The notes: generated by a model from the sequence alone, not told the origin. A stretch of 64,000 nucleotides of DNA from an uncultured Desulfobacteraceae bacterium (GCA_964526655.1 CAZGIZ010000001.1:6220-70219), one strand, 5' to 3'. Shown: positions 20,401 to 29,493, numbered from the stretch's first letter. Numbers and translations are program-made.

Positions 20401-21807
20401 TTGATTATGAAAAAGTTAATCTTTCAAATGATATTGTATGCATCCTTGTTTATTCCTGGAGGGCTCTTTGCCTTTCCGACGGTTTTTCCGCACGGCACCA
20501 CGATCTATAAGCCTGAAAAGTGTTACAGCGGTTTTACCATCCTGACGACCGAGGGCTATCAGACTATCCTCATCGACATGAACGGCAATGTGGTCCACCA
20601 TTGGGCAAATTTGTGCGATGAGGAACACCCCGCCAAACTCCTTCCGGGCGGATATGCCATGGGCGCCACGGGGGGGAGGGGGCGGTTATTCGGCAATGAG
20701 GACTCCAATGATCTTTCAGTGGTGGATTGGAATGGAAATATCGTCTGGACCTATAAAAAGGCCGGTGTTCATCATGACTTCGAGAGGGAGGGCAACCCTG
20801 TGGGATACTATGTCCCCGGTATGGATTCATACGTTGACAAGGGTAAGACCCTGATCCTTTCTCACAAAATCGTAAAAAATAAAAAAATCAGTGATAAACC
20901 CCTTTATGACGATTTCATTTTTGAGGTGGACTACAGCGGGAAGATCCTTTTTGAATGGCTGGCCAGCGAATACATTGATGAAATGGGATTTGATCGACTA
21001 GCCAGGATCGTCATGTACCGGTATCCAAACTATACCATGACACGGACACCCGGCGTTGTTGGGGGAGACTGGATCCATGTAAACACGGCTTCCTGGCTTG
21101 GCCCTAATAAATGGTATGATCAGGGGGACGATCGTTTCCATCCCGACAACATCATCTATGACGGCCGTCAAACCAATACCACCGGCATTATCGACAGGAA
21201 GACCGGTAAGCTCGTCTGGCACATGGGTCCTGATTTTCTTCAGAGCCGTGAATTGATGAAGCTGGGTGTCACCGTCGGCCTCCACCATGCGCATATGATT
21301 CCCAAGGGTCTGCCCGGAGATGGAAATATCATCCTTTTCGACAATGGGGGTTATGCGGGATTCGGTGAACCCAATCAGGCCTCCCCTTACGGCATGAATA
21401 ACGTCAGGAGGGACTATTCGAGGGTGATAGAATTCAACCCCGTAACCCTTGAGATGGTATGGGAGTACGACGCCCATAAAGCCGGGTATAGGGACATGTA
21501 CAAGTTCTATAGCGACTACGTCAGCTCTGCCCAGCGCCTGCCGAACGGAAATACCCTGATTGTAGAAGGCGCCTTGGGACGGATTTTTGAGGTAACTCCC
21601 CAATACGAGACGGTCTGGGAGTACGTCAGCCCCTATTACAACGAGAAGGAACACTTTAACCTGGTCTATCGTGCCTACAGGGTGCCCTATGATTATGTTC
21701 CCCAGTTGCAGAAGCCTGTGGAAAAGGCTGTGATTCCGCCTGAAAATTCTACCCTGAGACTGAAAGATCTGACCACGGCACCACCTGCTACACCTTTAGG
21801 GAAGTGA
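20401..21807 (+). CDS. arylsulfotransferase (ASST)-like exported beta-propeller protein
   Basis: 468-aa. AAGGAGG RBS and signal peptide. The N-terminal pattern Y.PEK.Y.G.T.L......T.LIDM.GNVVH.W and C-terminal RLPNGNTLI....GRIFEVT....VWEY are as I recall for ASST-family (PF05935/PF14269-type) proteins. Confidence 0.6.
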   Translation: MIMKKLIFQMILYASLFIPGGLFAFPTVFPHGTTIYKPEKCYSGFTILTTEGYQTILIDMNGNVVHHWANLCDEEHPAKLLPGGYAMGATGGRGRLFGNEDSNDLSVVDWNGNIVWTYKKAGVHHDFEREGNPVGYYVPGMDSYVDKGKTLILSHKIVKNKKISDKPLYDDFIFEVDYSGKILFEWLASEYIDEMGFDRLARIVMYRYPNYTMTRTPGVVGGDWIHVNTASWLGPNKWYDQGDDRFHPDNIIYDGRQTNTTGIIDRKTGKLVWHMGPDFLQSRELMKLGVTVGLHHAHMIPKGLPGDGNIILFDNGGYAGFGEPNQASPYGMNNVRRDYSRVIEFNPVTLEMVWEYDAHKAGYRDMYKFYSDYVSSAQRLPNGNTLIVEGALGRIFEVTPQYETVWEYVSPYYNEKEHFNLVYRAYRVPYDYVPQLQKPVEKAVIPPENSTLRLKDLTTAPPATPLGK

Positions 21808-21913
21808 ACAAATGGACGGCGAAGGGCAATGACCATCAAAGGCAAAATGGATGAAAATCATTGCAGAATTTCCGAGACGTATCATTACATTATCTTAAAA
21901 CGGGTTTGTTTTT

Positions 21914-22309
21914 ATGGGGGTAAAAGAAATGGCATACAGAAAGTTTTTTTATGTATTTTTAACTGTAATCATTTTCGGCCTGGTTTTGGCTTTCGCCGGG
22001 ACTGCCGGTGCGCAGCATGAAGGCGGGCTTGGCGTCAAAAAAATTCCCTTGAATATCGCAACTGTCGATCAGCTGATGAAGATTGACGGCATGACAGAAG
22101 AACTTGCAAAGGCGATCGTGGAATACCGGGAAAAATCGGGCTTTTTTAAAAAGCCTGAAGACCTTCTCAAAGTCCCGGGCGTGACAAAGGAAATTTATGA
22201 AAAACTCAAACCTCAGCAAGGTGTCGAAGGGGATATCTTTTGTGTCCCCAAGGAAGGCACGGAAGACGAGGAAGAGGAAGAACCTTTGTTGAGTCCTTCC
22301 AAGTGTTAG
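21914..22309 (+). CDS. exported ComEA-type helix-hairpin-helix protein with acidic tail and C-terminal Cys
   Basis: 131-aa (alternative start ATG 21929 gives MAYRKFFYVFL.. signal peptide). LNIATVDQLMKIDGMTEELAKAIVEYREKSGFFKKPEDLLKVPGVTKEIYEKLKP matches the ComEA C-terminal HhH domain. Ends ..EDEEEEEPLLSPSKC. Confidence 0.65.
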   Translation: MGVKEMAYRKFFYVFLTVIIFGLVLAFAGTAGAQHEGGLGVKKIPLNIATVDQLMKIDGMTEELAKAIVEYREKSGFFKKPEDLLKVPGVTKEIYEKLKPQQGVEGDIFCVPKEGTEDEEEEEPLLSPSKC

Positions 22310-22320
22310 GGGATCCAAGG

Positions 22321-22344
22321 GCATTTCGCAGGCGAAAGCTTTTT
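22321..22344 (+). terminator. weak intrinsic terminator/attenuator after the first three genes
   Basis: GCATTTCG-cagg-CGAAAGC stem (one mismatch) followed by TTTTT, 12 nt after the stop of the HhH gene. Confidence 0.35.
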
Positions 22345-22456
22345 CCCTCTTAAATTTCGACTGTTTCCCCTTCCCCGGATTCCTTGGGAGGCGCAGTGTG
22401 TCACCGCGGGCAGAACAGGCGACCTCGGGATGACAAACCCCTTTAAGGAGCCAAGA

Positions 22457-25324
22457 ATGTCGGAAAAAATTCATGGAAATAACGAGACGAACCTATTTCT
22501 CATTATCGGTCTCGTGATAGTGTTCGTTTTGTACGGCCCCTCTTTTTCATCCGGAGAAGAAAATCCAAGAGGCTTGGATCCATCACGGGAAGCCACCTAT
22601 ATCCCGGAATTAGGCGGGATCTTGAACAAGACCTATCACAATCAATATGGACAACAAAGAGACCTTGCCGAATGTCTCGTACTACGAGGGAGCAAAATAA
22701 AGGATGGGAAAGCTTACGTAGATGCCGGCGGGCTCTATTATGCCTCCGATACTTCCTATGATGCAAGGCCCTTTATGCGTGATCCCTTTCTCATTCTGGG
22801 AGAGCATGCTTATCTCCTCCGCCTCACGCCTGAGAAGGTTGTAAAAAAAAATATCCGGATCAAAAAAGGCGAAAAGGCCCTGGTGGATCCTTCCGGATAC
22901 CGGATCTGGTACGATTTCGCAACGGATCATTATGAAAAACCCTATGGTGAATTCGCTTTCATAGCGCCCTCAGGCGGATGGCCCATGGAATGGTCCGTGT
23001 CCACTTCCTTCCCTTCACCAACAGAGGTAAGGAATCTGAATCTCAAGGGAGGGATCCACCCACAGCTAAAACCCTACTTCAACAGCAATGCCCATATTTA
23101 CGGCGCCACGAAGATCATCGCAGAAAAAGTGACTTCGGAGGAGGCGGTATTTTCAACCGTGGAGTACCCGGCCATCAAAGAGGCCGTCTTTTCCATGGAC
23201 AGGCCCTGGGTGGTGGACATCCTCCAGGAGAGTTTCCGCTGGTATGGAAACAAGAGGATCTATGCCTTCAGAAAAGAAAAAGGCATCCTAGTGGAAGTCC
23301 GCGACTGGAAGGGAAAAAAGGTGCTGGCCTCCAAACTCATGAAACCCCCTACACAGCAGGAATACAAAGTGGCCCACCAGGATGAGATGTGTCTGACGCG
23401 GCTCGACCTGGATCTGCACATCGAATTGATCGTGGACCCCTCCTGGTACAAGGGTTCCGACTATGCACCCTGGGTCAATGAAGTCCCCTATGGGTGGAAG
23501 GAAGGGACCGTTGCCTTCGCCATCTATGATGACCTTATAAAGGTGGAAGACGGGAAACCCTGGCCGCATGACAATAGGTACATTGTACGCCTGGAACCGA
23601 ACCTGGAGACCGGAATGCTCAAGAGATTGGTCCTGGAAAACCGGGACCCTTTTATCCTGAGCAATGAAAACCAGAGCTATGACGGTCCCATAAAGATTTC
23701 CGAAGTCTGGGACCGAAAATACTTCACCGTGGTCGCGAAGGATTTCGAGAAAGATGTCGCGCACACCTCCTACGTACGGGACTCTTTTTTCCGGCGAACC
23801 GATAACCTCGTCCTCTGGAAATCGGGCCGGGAAAACATCGATTTTTTTATCGGGATGAGCCCTCTGGTCGTTTCGGTGATGGAAGACACTTTTCTCATGC
23901 GTCTGGCCGATCCATCCTATGGCGTTCCGGTGGTAAAGTCCAGATTCACCTCCTACCCGAGGGTCGTCCCCAACGCCAAATGGTTCGCCCCGGACCAGAC
24001 CGCCGCCTTTGTCCCCAAAATGAAAGGTTTCGTACGTAAGTATGTAAGAAACAGGAAAGATCACCGGCTTGTTGCCTCGGAAACCCTTGTGATCAGACAA
24101 AGCTATGTGGACTACAGAAAAGGAAAGATCATCATTCCTCCTGGAGGGCTTTACTACAGTACCCGAAACAGCAGGAACATCCGTCCGGGCGAACCCCTTG
24201 TCGTCCTCGGGAAAGACGCCTACCTGTTGAGGTTCAAGAGTTATCTGGTGGTTAAGAGAAACTTCCGGCTCGATCTCTGGAAGGAATATCCCATGGGGGA
24301 CGGGAATCCCCTTTTCTGGCAGGACGAACCCCTCGGCGATGGGAGTAAGGCCATTCGATACATGGGATCCTCGATTCTTTGGGGAAGGCCTGTTGGCCTG
24401 GTTCGAATAACCAAATACTCCGGGAATAACTGGGGCGCAAACCTTCTGGTTGCGGACGGATTTCACGGATACGGCGATATGGCCGAGGTGGACGCTCAGA
24501 AGGCCGGTGTTTCCCCTCAGGACTTTAACCTGTTCATACCAAATGAATTCGGCGATGGAGCGACCTATCTGATTCCGAAATTTATAGCACCTGATTTTGT
24601 TGAGGTTGAAGAAATGGGCACACCCGGTATGGATTCCTTTACGATTACCTATGAAGAGCCAAAAAGGGTCGTCCTTGAACCGGGGCAGGAGACCCCTGTG
24701 GGGAAATACCGGCTGCAGGTTAAGGAAGTAAACAAAGAGACCAAGAGGGTGACCCTCGTCCTCTTGAACGCCTCGGGCGAGACCGTGGCCGAAAAGGCCC
24801 TCGGACCGATTGACGAAGACCTCTATGGGACAATGCCCCAGTATGCCCCTTCCCAGGAAAAGGTCATCATGACCTACGAAGATATTCAGGTGGATCTGGA
24901 ACTTCCCTTTGATTTTGAGAAAAAGAAGGTCGCCCTCTGGATGGCGACGGGTGCAAGGACATTCGATCGGGATACCCCCTGGCCCGATGACACACGCTTT
25001 TTGATCAGGCCGGATGTCTGCGGCCACTGCTACCAGCTCAATGAGATTATCCTCGACAACAAGGATCCCATCATTCTGGACGGGAGGAACAACACCTTCA
25101 CGGGGCTGGACGGGTATTTCAAGATTGTCATAGATGATTTTGACGGGGAAGCGATCAATGCCTGGCATATCGAAGATCAATACGGGAAGACAACGCCGAA
25201 CCTGGCGGAATATCCAAGGGATAATCTCGACGTGATGGTCGGTGTCAACGGGACCACGGAGAGCTTCTTGCGAAAAACACTGCTTGAAAGACTTGCTTAC
25301 AGGGAAATTTGGAGACTGAAATAA
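22457..25324 (+). CDS. large membrane-anchored/exported protein with internal tandem duplication (orphan)
   Basis: The ORF is open from 22430. ATG 22457 follows AAGGAG by 6 nt. N-terminal hydrophobic anchor LFLIIGLVIVFVLYG. The two halves share GGLYY..(R)P....LG..AYLLR and PWP.D.R...R...L.N.DP.IL motifs at a constant offset of about 472 residues. Confidence 0.8.
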   Translation: MSEKIHGNNETNLFLIIGLVIVFVLYGPSFSSGEENPRGLDPSREATYIPELGGILNKTYHNQYGQQRDLAECLVLRGSKIKDGKAYVDAGGLYYASDTSYDARPFMRDPFLILGEHAYLLRLTPEKVVKKNIRIKKGEKALVDPSGYRIWYDFATDHYEKPYGEFAFIAPSGGWPMEWSVSTSFPSPTEVRNLNLKGGIHPQLKPYFNSNAHIYGATKIIAEKVTSEEAVFSTVEYPAIKEAVFSMDRPWVVDILQESFRWYGNKRIYAFRKEKGILVEVRDWKGKKVLASKLMKPPTQQEYKVAHQDEMCLTRLDLDLHIELIVDPSWYKGSDYAPWVNEVPYGWKEGTVAFAIYDDLIKVEDGKPWPHDNRYIVRLEPNLETGMLKRLVLENRDPFILSNENQSYDGPIKISEVWDRKYFTVVAKDFEKDVAHTSYVRDSFFRRTDNLVLWKSGRENIDFFIGMSPLVVSVMEDTFLMRLADPSYGVPVVKSRFTSYPRVVPNAKWFAPDQTAAFVPKMKGFVRKYVRNRKDHRLVASETLVIRQSYVDYRKGKIIIPPGGLYYSTRNSRNIRPGEPLVVLGKDAYLLRFKSYLVVKRNFRLDLWKEYPMGDGNPLFWQDEPLGDGSKAIRYMGSSILWGRPVGLVRITKYSGNNWGANLLVADGFHGYGDMAEVDAQKAGVSPQDFNLFIPNEFGDGATYLIPKFIAPDFVEVEEMGTPGMDSFTITYEEPKRVVLEPGQETPVGKYRLQVKEVNKETKRVTLVLLNASGETVAEKALGPIDEDLYGTMPQYAPSQEKVIMTYEDIQVDLELPFDFEKKKVALWMATGARTFDRDTPWPDDTRFLIRPDVCGHCYQLNEIILDNKDPIILDGRNNTFTGLDGYFKIVIDDFDGEAINAWHIEDQYGKTTPNLAEYPRDNLDVMVGVNGTTESFLRKTLLERLAYREIWRLK

Positions 25325-25364
25325 AGCAGTATCGTTCACTTGAGAAAAAAGAGGGAGAGAGTAA

Positions 25365-26525
25365 ATGACTACCGATGCAATTGCAGTGTCAAAGGGACTA
25401 AGCTTTAAAAAATCTTCCATGTGGAGTACCCTGCCCGGTTTTCATGAAAGCTACCCCGGGCTTTTGGCCCTCATTATCATAGCCGTTTTCTGCGGACTTC
25501 CAGGACTTTCATGGCCCATAACCATCCAGCATTTTTTGGAATATATTGATGAAGTTCTTCCTCCCATTTATGGAAAAGGGCTTTTTACCGACCTGCTGCA
25601 TTTTAATTATGTGGTGATCAGCCTGGCTGCGGGAATTCTGATCAGAAACGTCGCCGGTGTGCCGAAAAGTTGGGAAAAGGGCCTAAGCTACTATTCAGTC
25701 TTTCTGCATGCAGCCATTATTATGCTGGGTTCCCAGTACCTATTGAGAGACATGGTTAAGCTGGGCAGTCTCACTGTCATCATCATGGTCGTCTTTGTCT
25801 TCGGATCCTGTTCCCTCTTAATATGGCTGGGAAGACTTTTCAGACTGGAAGATTCTCTCTGTGGGATCCTGGCGGCAGGTTTCGGGATGTGCGGCGTAAC
25901 AGCTGCTGTAGCCACCGCCCCCATGGTGCGTGCCAGAAGCGAACAGATCACCTATGCCATCGCCGCTTCCGTCTCATTTGGTATCTTCTGTCTGGTCGGC
26001 CTGCCAGCCCTCGGACGGCTTTTGGAGATCACACAGAACTCCTTCGGCGTGGTCAGTGCAACAGGGGTTCCCAATTCCGCACAGGTCATTGCCACGGGGT
26101 TTATGTACGGGTTTGAAGCGGGGAAGGTCGCGGGCTTCGTGAACATCGGGCGGATAGTCCTCATACCGGCGGGGGCATTGTTCATCTATTTCTTTACGAT
26201 GACGCGTGATGTCCTGGCCTCGGAAAAGATCAGCATATTGCAAACGGTGAAGGAAAAATTCCCCATTTATGTTTTAGGGTTCATCATTGTTTGGGGAGCG
26301 AACTGCCTTCACCTTTTCCCGAAACCGGCGGTATTCGCCATGGAAAAAGTGATGATCTGGTTTTTCAGCCTCTCCTTTGTGGGCCTTGGGCTCCAGACCA
26401 AACTATCGGATGTCAGGAAGGCCGGAATTAAGGGCGCCATTGTAGGCTATATGGCAGGCGCCATCAAACTGATATTTGCTCTCATCGTCATCGTTTTCCT
26501 GATGAGACAGGGTTTCTTGAGATGA
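25365..26525 (+). CDS. YeiH/UPF0324 (putative sulfate exporter, PSE) family membrane protein
   Basis: 386-aa polytopic protein. LAAGFGMCGVTAAVATAPMVRA and GLGLQTKLSDVRKAGIKG align with E. coli YeiH IGAGSSICGAAAVLATEPVVKA and ALGLTTHVSALKKAGAKP. Confidence 0.7.
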   Translation: MTTDAIAVSKGLSFKKSSMWSTLPGFHESYPGLLALIIIAVFCGLPGLSWPITIQHFLEYIDEVLPPIYGKGLFTDLLHFNYVVISLAAGILIRNVAGVPKSWEKGLSYYSVFLHAAIIMLGSQYLLRDMVKLGSLTVIIMVVFVFGSCSLLIWLGRLFRLEDSLCGILAAGFGMCGVTAAVATAPMVRARSEQITYAIAASVSFGIFCLVGLPALGRLLEITQNSFGVVSATGVPNSAQVIATGFMYGFEAGKVAGFVNIGRIVLIPAGALFIYFFTMTRDVLASEKISILQTVKEKFPIYVLGFIIVWGANCLHLFPKPAVFAMEKVMIWFFSLSFVGLGLQTKLSDVRKAGIKGAIVGYMAGAIKLIFALIVIVFLMRQGFLR

Positions 26526-26539
26526 GGAAGGAATAAAAT

Positions 26540-26704
26540 ATGGCGCAAGATTCAAAAGATAAACTTGAAGAAGAGAGAGGAAAAATAAAGGCGCAAACAG
26601 AAGCTCAAATGATGCGATCGCGAGTCAATGACTACGTGGCCATCATTTTGGCCCTCGGCACGGTCTTTCTCCTCTGGATTCTACAGTTGATGGGGTTTTA
26701 TTGA
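26540..26704 (+). CDS. 54-aa micro-protein with C-terminal TM helix (not in the ORF track)
   Basis: My own translation: MAQDSKDKLEEERGKIKAQTEAQMMRSRVNDYVAIILALGTVFLLWILQLMGFY. GAGGAAGGA RBS lies about 7 nt upstream. The stop TGA 26702-04 lies inside the ORF-track TTG-26701 frame and 2 nt upstream of the preferred ATG 26707. Confidence 0.35.
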   Translation: MAQDSKDKLEEERGKIKAQTEAQMMRSRVNDYVAIILALGTVFLLWILQLMGFY

Positions 26705-26706
26705 TT

Positions 26707-27228
26707 ATGGCCGAAAAAGTCCTTCTGCTTTTGGGCATCGCAGACGCGGAAGAAGCCGGCATATACATCAAAAAGGAATCCCATCGCCGTGACGTTAGGG
26801 TAAAGGGCGAGGGCAGACAGCATGAGGAAAATGCGGTCGAGGAGGCCTTCAACTATGCTCGATCGAAGTCAAAATCCGTTGTCGCCGTTCAGGTCCTTTA
26901 CTCCGACCTGTACCATTATGGACATACTGACCTCCTTCTCCCGGGACCCGGGAAAAAACGTTTCCTACTCTACGTCAGGGATGAGGTGCTGAAACAGGCC
27001 ATGGGAAGGGAAAAGGCCCTCCGGGAAAGGGCGCGGAGGCAAGGCATAGCCCTTGAGGTAAGATCGGTTGAATCGCAGGATCCCGCTTCAACCGCCGTTG
27101 AAGAGGCGAAAAAGGGCTACGATGCGATCTTTTTGCCGAAGGAGAGGAAAAGACGATTCCCCCTCTTGAAAAGGAACGTTGAGCAACAATTGCGGAAGCA
27201 GGTACTGACCCCCATCATAAGCTGCTGA
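26707..27228 (+). CDS. universal-stress-protein-like (USP fold) protein lacking the ATP motif
   Basis: About 173 aa (the track starts at TTG 26701). The layout VLLLLG...VVAVQVLY...EVRSVESQDPASTAVEEAKKGYDAIFLP resembles UspA-fold proteins. No G-x2-G-x9-G(S/T) motif is present. Confidence 0.45.
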   Translation: MAEKVLLLLGIADAEEAGIYIKKESHRRDVRVKGEGRQHEENAVEEAFNYARSKSKSVVAVQVLYSDLYHYGHTDLLLPGPGKKRFLLYVRDEVLKQAMGREKALRERARRQGIALEVRSVESQDPASTAVEEAKKGYDAIFLPKERKRRFPLLKRNVEQQLRKQVLTPIISC

Positions 27229-27330
27229 TGAAAAGAAGGGTAGTCCCTTTTGCCCAGGGCGGGTCACCGCACCCGCTCAATCGGGTTGATGCGTTTCTCG
27301 ACCCTGCGGTGCTCGTTGATTGGAAGAAAA

Positions 27331-29493
27331 ATGCCGAAAATCAGTCGTCGTGATTTTATGAAGATGGGTGCCCTGGCCGTGGGCGGAGGGCTGCTATCAC
27401 CCGCTTTGGGCAAGGAAAAACTGATATTCGGCGCCCCCCTGCCCTCGAAATATGTGGATCGGGAAGTGGACAGTTGCTGTCAATTCTGTCAAGTGCGCTG
27501 TACGACGAAGGTCCAGATCAAAAGTGACCGGGTTGTGAACGTCTACGGAAATCCGGAAAATTTCTGGACCGGGGGCGCCATGTGTGCCAAGGGAAAGTCC
27601 ATGGTGGAATTGACCTATAGCCCCTATCGCATTCTGCATCCCCTCCTGCGTGAAGGCGGTGGCTGGAAGCGAATATCCTATCCGCAAGCCCTTAATATGG
27701 TGGCCGAGCGAATCCTCAAGGTTAAAAAAGATTTCCCCGATGACTATGCCCACAGGGTCGCGTTATTTGAACCCCTGTGGGAGTCCAGGGAAAGTGAACT
27801 GGCAGCAGAGGCGGCTTTTCGGCTGGCAGGGTTTCCCGATCTTTGTTCCCCGGGTGACGGCTGCATCGGAAATTCCGCCACTGCGCTTAGTATTTGCCTG
27901 GGCAGCCCGATCTCCCCGACCACTTTAGATGAAGTTCTTAATGCCGAAAAGGTTGTCCTGTTCGGGGCGAACATCGCCGAAATGTATCCGGTCTATGTTC
28001 GCTGGCTCCATCAGGCACGTGAAAAGGGGGTGGAATTGATCTATCTCGATCCTCGCATTACCCCGACGGCCAACTTTTGTAACAAACAGTATCAACCAAG
28101 ACCCGGAACCGATGGCGCCCTGGTTCTTGGAATCATTCGGTTCCTAATAAAGGAAGACCTCTATAACCACGACTATGTCACCTTACACGTAAACGGCTTT
28201 GATGATCTGGCAAAGGCGGCCGACCCCTACACCCCTGAAAGGACGGCCGAAATCACGGGCCTGCCCGTGAAGGAGGTGGTGTTATTGGCCGGGGACCTTG
28301 GCAGGAGCACAAAGACCCTCCTCTGGATGGGAGGCTCTATCTCCCGTTATACCAATGCTATTCAGACGGTTCGCGCCATGATTGCATTGCAGGCAATCAC
28401 GGGAAACCTTTCCGGCCCGGGCAAAGGGATCATGAACGTCCAGGGGGGCAAGCCCGGGGGGGGTGAAAAATTCGAAGAGACCTACCGGTATCCCAAGCTT
28501 TCCTATAGCCTGAATTTCAGAAAGGTGCTCTACAACATGAAACGCGGCATGCTCGACGTGCTTCTTCTGAACTCCAGTTACCGTCGCTACCCGGATGCAA
28601 ACAGGGTCAAAGAGGCTATTTCAAACGTCGGTTTCGTTGTATACCGCGGGTTTTTCATGGACGAGGAGGCGAAACTGGCCCACCTGATCATTCCAGGGAC
28701 CATGGTCTTCGAGAGTGAAGGATCTCAATACGGGGCTCAGCGCCAAGTAGTATGGCGCAACAGGGCCATTCCGAGACCCGGGGAGACGGTTGAAGACTGG
28801 CGCTTCTATTCCGACCTGGGCAAAAAGATATGCGGCGGGGCGTACCCCCCCGTGAACAGCGCCGAAGAAATCTATGAACTGTTCAGAAAATATGCACATA
28901 CCTGGAATGGACTCACCCTGGAACGCTTGAAAAAGACCCCGACAGGGCTCACCTGGCCCTGGCCGTCGACGGATAGACCGGAAGCGAGAGGGACCCTTTA
29001 CCCCGGTGACCGCTTCCTGACCCAGGATGGGAAGGTCGAGCTTCGCTCGCCGGTCCTTGGGCTTATCCGGTGGACTCAGCCGAAGGGGAGCCCCGAAGGT
29101 AACGGCAAAGGAAAGGAGGGATTTCCCCTGATATTTACGCAGGGTAAAGTGGCTTGGCACTGGCAGCATACCTACACCAACTGGTCCTCTTTTATGGGGC
29201 AGTTCTCCAAAGGAAATTATGTCCAGGTCCATCCGGAAACCATTCAGGATCTTCAGATCAAGGACGGCGACTGGGTCTACCTGGAGACGCAGGTAAACAA
29301 AATCAAGGCCAGGGTACAAATATCGGAAGCCATTTTACCCGGTGTCATCTGGACGCCATCGCATCCCGAACCCGATAGCCCCATTCAGGGGAATGCTGGT
29401 CAGTCCATCAACACCATCATCCCCAATTATTGGGATAAGGTCTCGGCCCAGTTCAACGGGTTTGGATGCAGGCTGACCAAAGCGAATATATAA
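27331..29493 (+). CDS. Tat-exported molybdopterin (bis-MGD) oxidoreductase catalytic subunit, Psr/Phs/Arr-like
   Basis: The ORF is open from TTG 27250. ATG 27331 gives MPKISRRDFMKMGALAVGGGLL, a twin-arginine signal. N-terminal FeS motif CCQFCQVRC...CAKG. MopB-family collinearity (GANIAE..P, LIYLDPR.T.TA, PRPGTDGAL). Confidence 0.85.
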   Translation: MPKISRRDFMKMGALAVGGGLLSPALGKEKLIFGAPLPSKYVDREVDSCCQFCQVRCTTKVQIKSDRVVNVYGNPENFWTGGAMCAKGKSMVELTYSPYRILHPLLREGGGWKRISYPQALNMVAERILKVKKDFPDDYAHRVALFEPLWESRESELAAEAAFRLAGFPDLCSPGDGCIGNSATALSICLGSPISPTTLDEVLNAEKVVLFGANIAEMYPVYVRWLHQAREKGVELIYLDPRITPTANFCNKQYQPRPGTDGALVLGIIRFLIKEDLYNHDYVTLHVNGFDDLAKAADPYTPERTAEITGLPVKEVVLLAGDLGRSTKTLLWMGGSISRYTNAIQTVRAMIALQAITGNLSGPGKGIMNVQGGKPGGGEKFEETYRYPKLSYSLNFRKVLYNMKRGMLDVLLLNSSYRRYPDANRVKEAISNVGFVVYRGFFMDEEAKLAHLIIPGTMVFESEGSQYGAQRQVVWRNRAIPRPGETVEDWRFYSDLGKKICGGAYPPVNSAEEIYELFRKYAHTWNGLTLERLKKTPTGLTWPWPSTDRPEARGTLYPGDRFLTQDGKVELRSPVLGLIRWTQPKGSPEGNGKGKEGFPLIFTQGKVAWHWQHTYTNWSSFMGQFSKGNYVQVHPETIQDLQIKDGDWVYLETQVNKIKARVQISEAILPGVIWTPSHPEPDSPIQGNAGQSINTIIPNYWDKVSAQFNGFGCRLTKANI

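Noticed and set aside
22322-22336. Sigma-54-like GGCA-N..-GGC upstream of the 955-aa gene
   Set aside because: It lacks the TTGC -12 box. The same bases are better explained as the stem of a terminator-like hairpin.
23288-25420. 710-aa ORF on the minus strand, the longest alternative ORF in the window
   Set aside because: It is entirely antisense to the 22457-25324 gene. It has low-complexity G/P/R/V-rich composition, no RBS or signal, and no recognisable motif. The plus-strand frame carries an RBS, an anchor and a clean internal duplication, so this is a shadow ORF.
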